Part shown: positions 13,571-23,476 of the stretch, one piece after another
Numbering within the stretch: position 1 is the stretch's first letter
Layout of the letters: every line of letters begins with the position of its first letter
Assembly (NCBI GenBank): GCA_000934665.2
Contig: KZ538882.1
Span: 1 to 42,401, forward strand
Origin: Catajapyx aquilonaris
Lineage: Eukaryota
Direction: 5' to 3'
Length of the DNA: 42,401 nucleotides
Translations under genes and position numbers: made by a program
Notes under the pieces: generated by a model
The model's input: the letters and a program-made list of their open reading frames with translations, nothing else
Databases searched by the model: none
What the model was told of the DNA's origin: nothing

Positions 13571-14061
13571 TAGTGATCAATATAGGCTATTGAGCAAACA
13601 AAATTCCTTTCTCTTACCAACTTTGGTGACAATGATTCTTTCGATTTTGCCTTGCACGAGAAAGTGTAAGGCGTCCCAATAGTTTTTGAGAAGTGAGAAA
13701 ATTTAGGCCAGTTCTTACTTTAGTTACTTACAACGTTGCTGTCACGAAAAATCACATGAAACCCATCACTAAATTTGGTGACATGCCTGCCCTGATTCCA
13801 GCATGGTCTGGTGGGCTGAAAAACAGCAACGCCGCTAATATGAATAGCTGCTAAAATATTTAGCAGTTCTCTAACCGATTCGAAGAAGATGCTATTCTGC
13901 TAATCTGCTATCATAGGGATTGTCTTGCTGACTGATCGACTAGAGTGTTCTGCAACTAATAATTATACTGCATATATACTAATATTGCACGATATTTACT
14001 AATAATAAAGTTTAATACTGGATTCGACATTGTATATACAGGAAGTATAATGTAATTAAAC

Positions 14062-17000
14062 TTAATCCGGCTTCTCCTCGGTGACTCCTTTTGCCTTCAG
14101 GAATTCCTCAGCTTTCTGCAGAAGAGAAACTGAATCTGGTGTTGACTTGGACAACCACTTCTTGCTCTTGGCAGCAGCCAGTTCCCAGATTGCCTTGCTG
14201 GACTGCATGGTCATCTCCATGAACTTGATGGCCAGGGCTGTCACCCAACAGGACAGGTCAGCTCCAGTCCGACCACCAGCTGGAATGTTGACCACATTTT
14301 TTTTTCACTGGGAATAAACAAACTTGACCTTGCTACAGTTCTGTGAATATCAACATGACAAGTATAGGCTACGTCCGGAAATTTTACGTGCATATATTAT
14401 GGTGGTGTTGTTTCTGGAACATCCCACTCACCATCATTCACCTCTTGCCAGTCGATCCCTATGGCTTTGGCAAACCCTGGATCGGCCAGAAATCCGCCAT
14501 CAAATTTGATGAAAGCCATGATCTCATGAAGAGTCTCCGACGTGTTCTCTTCGAGCTCGGCAAACGATTCCAACTGAGGCATGAACGAACTCCTACTCGC
14601 CTGTTTCTCCAGAATCCCTCCTGTCGTTGGAGCAATCGTTTCGTCAGGTTGGAAACTTACTGGTGGCATCAGCACTCTCTTATTGTTGGCACAAGTCGCC
14701 CTGCATTGTTGCGTTTGATCGACTGGCCCGGAAGTCAGCGTGAGTCTGTTAGGTCGAGCCATTGTCATGCGTCTAGTCATGTCAGATTCTAGCGACACTG
14801 GGATCGGCATGGCTCTAGTTACAGGAGCAGACAGAGCTACTGTTGCTAGAATGGCGTCTGCTGGACTGGCGCTGTACATCATCATCCTGGGCTGTATTCC
14901 GTGCCACCCGTGCGGGATCTGACTGGCCACATGCCTCGTCTGAATGGCATACAGATCCTTGTCCATACCATGTCTGCGAGGATCTACGGCCACGAATGAC
15001 GTGTGAGACGACACCAGTCCATACTTGATCCCAAGCTTCACAATCTCCTCCTTCAGTCTTTCCTCTGGAGGTTCAGAGATGACTGAATGAAGCAGGCTCG
15101 TCCCTTCCTCCAAGTCGCGGATCAATTTGCGGGCTGCCAATCTGTCCAATATATCAGATCAACTTCCCATTTTCTTTCAAATTAAAAAAAAAATTGTACT
15201 AATCCGAAAAAGTGCAGCGAATTGTTGAAAAAAAATATGGACATATACTTATGCAAGAGATCTCCTGTTAAGAGATCTTCCTGCGTGACCTTCACAGTCG
15301 TGGTCAGTGGTCCGTCTGGTGACTTGGCCGTGATGGTGACACCCGTTGGGACACTCCCATCCTCCCAAATGCAGTACACCAGCAACCTGGAGCCATCAAA
15401 CACTGGCGGAATCTGCAAACGCAAAAACAAAATGTCATTCCATACACAAAATATTGTACTGTCGGACTTGTCACACACGTGATGTGGAGCACCCTGTGGT
15501 CCTCTCAAGGCCTCTTCCGTTGTCTGTGTCTGGCCAGTTGGCTTACGGTATCCCAGCAGAGTCTTCTCGGTTGTAATTGTCGAGTGTGGTTTTAAGGCGG
15601 TGGACACTCCTTCCCAGGCCACAGACACCTCTGTATAGAGAATAGACGGAACAGTTTTCGCCAATGATCTCAGCAGACTGAATTGTCATGTGCCAATGAC
15701 CTGAAAGTGCAGGAAACAGAGCGTTCTTGAGCTGCCCTTGCACCTTTGCCTCCAAAGCCTCTTTGTATGTTGCGTACTCTGCTGTTCCTCCTCCAGCACG
15801 AGCTATCCCTCCAACCAGGTGGTGAGAGGCACTGTCACCAATTCCAAGGGTGAACACCCGGGTGTTGTGGGAGTTCTGCTTCACCAACCTTATAATCTCG
15901 TATGTGTTGCTCACCTTCAATAATGAGGAGCAACTGTCAGATGTGTTAAGACCAAAATGTTGAGACCCACCTGCCCATCAGTCAGAAGGAACATTTGTCG
16001 CAGGTAGCCCTCGATTGGTTCCTCTCTGAAAATGTGGCTTAGAGGCGTGTATATGTCAGTTCCGCCCATGTCAGCCTCGAGGTCTGAAAGCCACATTATT
16101 CATTATAGCAAACAAGTCAAATAATAGTCTGGGTGACTTATTTACTTGCGGCGTGACTTATGGCAGTCTTCAACGAGTCGTCGTCGTACTTGGCACTCTT
16201 CTGGAACAAAAACTCGTGTTCGTTTCCAAATCCAACGATGTTGAAGTAAGAATCTATTGGCAAGGATTGAAGAAATAGCTAAGGAAGATAAAAAGAAAGT
16301 TGACGTCATCCTGACGTCACTTTCCTCTCTGGAAATATGGCAAATAAAATATTTAAAAATGCAATTGTAACAATGCAGGCGTACAGTGAGGGCCTTTTTG
16401 GCTTGATCCAGGCTTTGGCCGGTCATAGATCCGGATCTGTCCAGAAGAAAGATCAGTTCCACTGGCTGCTCATCCAGATTGAAACTGGGGACAAGACTAA
16501 CAAGGGACGCCACACTCTCTCCCCATTTCTGATAATCAATTGCTCATTATTAGTACAGTACTACAATGAGTTGATTCACAGAGAATATGAACTTGCCTCG
16601 ACGCAAACCCGTGGCTGGTGAGGGTTCTCAGTGGTCACCATGAGTATGAAATCCCTGTCCATGTCCGTAGCTTGACCTGTCAAAGTCGCTTTGCCACAGT
16701 AGAAACTACCTCCGTGAAGCAGTGTGTTTCCTATGTCTGTGGTGACCGAATGTGTTGGTGACTCGATGCTAATGATTTTGGACTTCATTTCACATTCAAC
16801 TGAAATCTTAATTGGGGCCGAGGATGACCTGAAATGTTTTCAACCCTGCCAATCAACCGTAATGAGAACACAGTGCGTAATTGCAATATCCTTACAATGA
16901 GTACGCAATCCTTGAAATTCTTCTCACAGCAGAATTAGTCCTGGACAACTCCGGAGTGTACCTAGGGGCGATGGTGGTTGGAAGGAAGAACCTGAGGGCC

Positions 17001-17455
17001 TTCCCCTCCACGGATGTCTCTGTGAGATAGACCAGCCTGACCTTGGCCTGTGCCCCTGGAGAGAGGTTCCCCACCTTGACCTGGAAGATGTCCGGCTTGT
17101 TCTCCGAGGCCAGGAAGGCCGTCTGCCTCTTTTCCATGGCCTCCTCGTACTGCTTCTTGGCCTCTTCTTTCTCCTTCACCTCTCCCTTCACGGTCCTTCC
17201 GTCCAGGTCCGCCTGGAACTGGACCACGCTGGCCTCCTCGTCCAGTGGGAACATGTACACCGCCTCCACCGGACCCTTCTCCTCGTTCTTGTAAGTCTGC
17301 TCAAGGGTGACCTCCGCCACAAAGTCCACCAGACGAGCCTTGACAGACACTTCTTTCAGCGGAATGGGGACAATTTTCTCTTCTTCTCCGCCCAGGATGA
17401 TGATGACCATACCACATTCTCGGGGACATTTTTTGAGGGGCACCGTGGGAGCCAT
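14062..17455 (-). CDS. VWA5A: VWA5A-like protein, array copy 3, ~879 aa, 10 coding exons
   Basis: Exons 16896-17455, 16597-16828, 16385-16528, 16146-16278, 15971-16083, 15701-15914, 15479-15630, 15249-15412, 14432-15141, 14062-14279 (2640 nt). One GC-AG intron (donor GCAAGT at 16596). MIDAS DRSGS..GGTD..TDG. Confidence 0.9.
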
Positions 17456-18005
17456 TTTTAATGTAAATTATGTAATATTCTCTTGATTATTTTAGGGGAG
17501 AGCACACGACGATATTGATTGTATTGCAAAAGTTGAAAAAAATACCTAATTATGCTGAATGCAGCTCTCTACAGCTACCAAGAATCCATTTGTCCTTGCA
17601 GATACAAAACCTGCCAAGTTTTACTGGTTTCATATTTCCAACAATATACTGTTTATTGTCCGTAACTATAGCTAGAAAAAATATGTTCGACGCAACAATC
17701 ACCATACTGGATAATAATAATTTTGTGGCAAGACTTGTGGTTACTTTCAGTGATCTTTTAATTGCCTTAACTTTATTAATTGTGATAGATACAAAAGCAC
17801 ATGAAATTTTACTTGAAATTAATGAAATCCCTCACTTTCACACCTGTAAAATAACTGTGTCAAAAAAGGGCCTCTAATACAATTAGGCTATGTGAACCCC
17901 TCTCAAATGGTGACCATTATTACGATAAATCTTCTGGTCCGTTATATTTCTCCTTATTCACATTAATATAACTTTCGAATGACAAACAGTGTCAAACATT
18001 ATTAT

Positions 18006-21000
18006 TCAGAGAGTCGACAGATGTATTCCTTTCGACTTCAAGAAATCGCCAGCCTGTGTCAACAAGGAATCAGCTTCTGTCACTTGAGTGGACAACCACT
18101 TCTTGCTCTTCTCAGCGGCCAGTTCCCACATATCCTTACGTGAACCCAATTTCATTTCCAAGAAAGCCACACCCAGGGCTGTCAACCAGCATTCCATTTT
18201 GACTCCAACTTTATGTCCAGCTTTAAAAAAGACAAGAAAATGTGCACATTAAAATCCCAACAATTGATCAGAAAATCCAGAAAACATGTTTTACTGAATA
18301 TTTCCATTTTTTTAAACACACTATACCGGCCTGTATTTCTTCCCAGCAGATTTCAACTGCCTTTGCAAATCCTGGATCCGCCTTGTAGCCACCATCAAAC
18401 TCCATGAACGAAAGCAGTTCATGTGTCCTTCGTTCTAAAGGAGACATGCCCAAATTAGAACCACTGGAATCCAGTGTTCCAGTTGTTGTATCCACGGTTG
18501 TATCCGACAAGTCCCATATCTCTGTTAAAAATGGAGGCATCCTTTTGGCGGCAGGCATCCAACCATCGGAAGAACTGCTGCACTGTTGCGACCCAGTCTC
18601 TAGTCTTTCAGACTCTAGTCTTTCAAAACCCGGCCTTTTTGTGCCAATGGGTAATCTAAGACATTCTTTTATTCGGCAAAATTTGACTGGACCGCCATAA
18701 TTTGGAATACGACGCGTCTGTAAAATTGACAAACTGAAATCATTTTCTGCCGTCTGATTTTCAGGATCCACTGCTACGAAAGACGTGTGAGTCGATACCA
18801 TGTCTGTAAAGTGAGGCACTCATTTATACAAAATGTACAAGTAAAATGATCAGGACTACCGGATAATGACTTTTTACAATAATTGTATAATAATTCCTTA
18901 CTGTATTTGCAGCCAAGTTGAACAATCTCGTTGGCTACTACTTCTCTCAAGGGTGCATCATCCTTATTTTTATGCAGATAACTGCTTCCTTCTTCCAAAT
19001 CACGGATTAGCTTCCTGGCAGCGAGTCTGGAAGTGACAATTTAATCAATGTTTTTAATCAGATCACCACCTCACTAATCTGCACTAATCGGTTCGCTTAC
19101 TTATGCACAATGTCGCCTTGAAACAAGTCGTCTTCAGTGATGGTGACAGACGAAGAGAGAGGGCCATCAGGTGTTTTAGCAGTGATGGTGACACCTGTGG
19201 GGACAACACCTTTTTCCCAGATGCAATATACCAGCAGTCGTGATCCGTTGAACACTGGCGGAACCTAAAGTACAATAGTGCAATTTATTTATTTAATAAC
19301 TGACGTGTATTTAGCCATACATTGAATGGCGCTGGTTTTGGAGCAGATTCCTCTGAAGTCTTGACAGGTTCAGATTTGCTGGAAGATGTTCCTTCCCACT
19401 TCACCGCAATGTCTGCAAATACGCCATAATTAAAGCCATATTTTTATATATATAAAAACTTGTCACTTGGTCACCTGTCAGTGCTGGACACAATGCGTTT
19501 TTGAGCTGCCTTTGAACTTTAGGCTCCAACGACTCGTTGCGTGTGGCGAATACTGCAGTTCCTCCTCCAGCTCTAGCAATACCTGAAACTAAGTGATGCG
19601 AGACGTGATCCCCGATTCCCAAGGCGAAGACCCGTGACTTGTGACAATTCTGATGCACCAAACTGATCACCTGATCCGTGTTGCTCACCTTCGATATATG
19701 ACAACACCCGTCATTAACACAACTGAACCTGCCAGTAATTAATATAACAATTTACCCGTCCATCAGTCAGGACAAAAATCTGCCTGACGTATCCTGTGAT
19801 CTGCTCTTGAGAAAATATCGCTTCCAGTGGTTCGTAGATTTCTGTACCACCCAAATTGGCCCGAAGATCTGTGGTGTACAAAAGTGTTAACAACTTGTCC
19901 AGTATGTTTGTCAACACTTACTTACCGAATTGGACGTAATTTAAAGCAGTTTCCAAGGACGTGGAGTCATACTTCACGCTCCGAGGAAATAGTAACGAGA
20001 AACTGGATCCGAATCCAACAATGTTGAAGTAACAATCGGCCGGTAACGAACGAAGGAACAACTGTTGAAAAAGATAACATGTATTGCGTTACAATAATAT
20101 TACTGAAAGGCGTGGAAAGCAAGAAAAGCCAAATATTTGGCAAAAACTTTCACATACGTAAATATGAAAGTTTTTGCCAAATGGGGCTTTTCTTGCTTTT
20201 CTTGAATTTTCTGCTCTCCATAGATCTATGGAGAGCAGAAAATTCGCATTAGTTTTCATACTGTTAGAGCTCTTCGGGCCAACTCGGTGCTATCTCTTCC
20301 CATAGATCCAGATCTATCCGTAACAAAGACCAGTTCAGTCAGCTGTTCATACATTTTAAAGCTCGGCACAAGACTGACGAATGCAGCCACGCTCGACTCG
20401 AATTTCTGTGTTGTTAGAGAAACAATCAGTTGCATTTTCCTCTACTTTTTTTAAAAATATGCTATAAATTGTGCCTAACCTCAACACCAGCACGTGGATG
20501 GTGAGGATCATCTGTTGAGACCAAGAGGACAAAATCTCTGTCCATGTCCGTGGTCACTCCTTCCAACTTGGCTTCTCCTTTAAACATCTTCCCTCCAGCT
20601 TTGTCGTTCTGAGTGACTGCGATTATATCATGGCTAGGAGATGACATCTTGCAAATTCGTGACTTCATCTCGCATTGGACTTGGATTTTCATCGGAGCTG
20701 GCGAGAAGCTGAAATTATCTAATAAGTTAAAAAGTCGATGCAACCAGTACAGTATACGTACTTGCTGTAAGGAATTGATTGGATCTCTTGCGATTCAGGT
20801 GAAGTGTCTGTACTTGGCACGTAACGAGGTGCGACAGTCGTTGGTATGTAGAATCGCACGTTATTGTCTCCTTCAGCCTCCATTTCAGACAAATACGCCA
20901 GTTTGATCGTAGCTTCAGAACCAGGCGCCAAATTCCCAATCCTCACCTGCAGATTATTTAGAAACAAAACATCCGACAGAGAGAATAAGCCTATTAGGGA

Positions 21001-21365
21001 AAAAAATATACCTGAAATATGTCCGCCTTGCTTTGTCTGAGCAAAGCTGCAGCTCGTCTTTGTTGGATGGCATTATTATATTGCTTCTCAGCCTCATGCT
21101 TTTCCTTGACCACTCCATTGACCGTCCTTCCGTCCAGACGAGCCTCGAACTGGACAACACTGGCCCCTTCGTCCAAAGGGAACATGTAGATGGCCTCGAT
21201 TGGACCACCTTCGTCATTCCGGTACACCTGCTCTAGTGACACTTGAGCCACGAAATCCACCAGACGGGCCTTGACATCAACACTCTTCAGAGGAATCCGA
21301 GGTCCGTTTCCTTCAGGACATGATATGTACAATCCGCAAAAATTTGACACCAGATCTCCAGCCAT
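18006..21365 (-). CDS. VWA5A: VWA5A-like protein, array copy 4, ~815 aa, 12 coding exons
   Basis: Exons 21012-21365, 20762-20946, 20480-20708, 20262-20405, 19926-20061, 19756-19868, 19475-19688, 19321-19412, 19101-19264, 18902-19026, 18327-18803, 18006-18220 (2448 nt). Start GCCATGG. MIDAS DRSGS..GGTE..TDG. Confidence 0.9.
20116..20199. repeat. Long imperfect inverted repeat (hairpin) in an intron of copy 4
   Basis: AAAGCAAGAAAAGCC (20116-20130) pairs with GGCTTTTCTTGCTTT (20185-20199). ATTTGGCAAAAACTTTCA (20135-20152) pairs with TGAAAGTTTTTGCCAAAT (20165-20182), leaving a 12-nt loop. Confidence 0.92.
20204..20245. repeat. Perfect 42-bp palindrome in the same intron
   Basis: GAATTTTCTGCTCTCCATAGA|TCTATGGAGAGCAGAAAATTC is its own reverse complement. 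Confidence 0.97.
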
Positions 21366-22199
21366 GGCTCTGAAAGTACATATGACCTGCGTGTTTATAT
21401 ACACTGCGTACATCTGGCCTTGAAATGTGGCACTGACCATGAGCCTTGCAAATATTTCCTGCTTGTGACCTTGGCCTTAACCGATGCAGCCTGCCTGTCA
21501 ATCTGTCACAATTTGCATTAATATTATGTCCATTCAATGCTGGGTGACATGTCAACAATAATAATTGTACAAGTACCTTCCGATCTGAAGAGCTGTCGAT
21601 GCTCAACTAAACCGTAATATCATTCGCCCTGTGATCTAAACATGTGTGTGTCTATTTCCAACCCAACATTGTGCGAATATTTTTGCGAGATGTAGCCTTG
21701 GAAATAAAGTCGCTAAAATGATGATCCTCTTATCGTACGTATATGCATAAAATGTGTATACGCGTAAGTTACAACTCAAAAAATATGTTCAATCTTTAGG
21801 ATTAAGACATGAGAGATTAATTTTTGTCGCAAAAATTTGTAGGCTAATTAATTTTTTCACCATTTTAATATTGTTGATAATAAATTTTTTTGCTACCCTC
21901 TCATCAAAGCCTCTCATGGACTCGAAAAAATACGATCCAATGGAGCAAAAGTAAATTGGCAAAAAAAATTCGTCATATCCGATTTATATTTGCAGTGTTA
22001 CTTCTCCAGGCCATCAGCATTCGCAATAAACGATTTCATGTAAAAATAAATTAATATTGCAATTCGTTTACACTTGACAATGACTTTGACATGACACACT
22101 TGATTTTATGACAACAATCGGAGAGGTTCAACAATGATTGTCATTGTCACCAAGGAAACAGCTTGTTTTGAATGTCAGCTGCTCAGTTCTGGTGGAGTC

Positions 22200-22847
22200 A
22201 TGGCTGCTGATGAAGTGAGTATAATTAGCACTTTTAATTAGCATTAATGTTGGCTCATAAAGATAAGGATTGCTCGTCAATTGTAGTGTAAAATATTGTA
22301 ATATTTACAGGATCTTCATCTGATCCGTGCTCTGGTCACATCCCGTCCTGGTGTCCCTTTTAAACGTTTCCGCACCCCAGAGGATCAGGCTCAGTACAGG
22401 GTGATCCTGAAGGGCATGATAGACTCACTGGAGGAGGAAGAGAGGTTGGCGAAGGCAAGGATGGGTCAGAAGGGTGACACCGCAACACTGGTGGTGGGAG
22501 AGCAAGGTGACCACCCATCATCATCAGCAGGTCCTGCTCCTGATGGAAGCGGTGACATCCAGTCACAGCCTGGAGGATGCGGACAGAGCAGGGTTCCGGA
22601 GAAGAGGGGGTCAAGTGAGCTTCCGGACCCACCCAGAGAGGCCAAGGAGGCCAAGAGAGATGACTTGCCAGAGGATGACAGCTCCGACGCTACTGATGTC
22701 ATCGAGATGTCTGACGATGACATCAGTGACCTCACTGATGATGATGATAGCGACGTCATTATTATTGATGATGATGATGATAGTGACATCACCGACGACA
22801 ACGATGAGGATGTGGAGCTGCATGAGGAGCCTCGTCTGACTGGCTGA
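22200..22847 (+). CDS. Orphan acidic, largely disordered protein (~183 aa) with tandem SUMO-interaction-like motifs
   Basis: Exon 1 22200-22214 (GTCATGG context; MAADE|GTGAGT); intron ends TTTACAG; exon 2 22311-22847 is in frame. GC-rich coding-like composition against AT-rich flanks. AATAAA at 23048. The C-terminus contains VIEMSDDD, ISDLTDDDD and VIIIDDDDD. Confidence 0.75.
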
Positions 22848-23476
22848 GTTGCATCAATCCGGTTGATGTTACAAGAGTTCCATTTTTGTTATTTCGTATT
22901 TTGTGTTTCATGCCATGTTGGATGTATTCTGGCCTATTCTGGGTTCAGATTATTATTATTTTTTGTAAAGGCAAGAGGACAACAAAAGTGCAGTTTTTTT
23001 TTCTCATATAATATTACTCTTGGATCAACAACTTGGACAGCATGCAAAATAAATACGTACACAGTATATCAGCCTTAGACAACTTTATTAATATTTTAAA
23101 GTACAAGCTAGAATTATCAAACAATAACTTATTGACCAGCCCAGATAAGTTAGTGAAGCATGAAGCATCCTGTGTTATTGTAGAAAATATTAATCATATA
23201 TGTTCTTAGATAAATAATTTTAAATGCCACTCGTTACAACGACATGGCAGTCTTGTTAAATGTCCTCTTTAAAATAGGCTATCACATTATTATATTCCAC
23301 TGCATTATGCTTGGTTTGTAAGTCTGCAACAGTCAATATGTTTTCCGACAAGCTGCGACAAAAGCCCCATAGCTATTATGCGCATGCAATAAAGTTTTAA
23401 GGTCCCACGTGTAGTCATGTAAATTACATAAAATAATAATAATATCTGGTATTATTGATAATTTTTTTCACAGCCG

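Noticed and set aside
13520..14061. Operon-like or trans-spliced expression, suggested by ~540-550-bp spacers before copies 2 and 3 and an acceptor just before the ATG
   Set aside because: A plausible cis donor (G|GTAAG at ~13616) lies upstream of copy 2, so an ordinary 5' UTR exon fits. Copy 3 has TTTACAT instead of the acceptor. No positive evidence without 5'-end reads.
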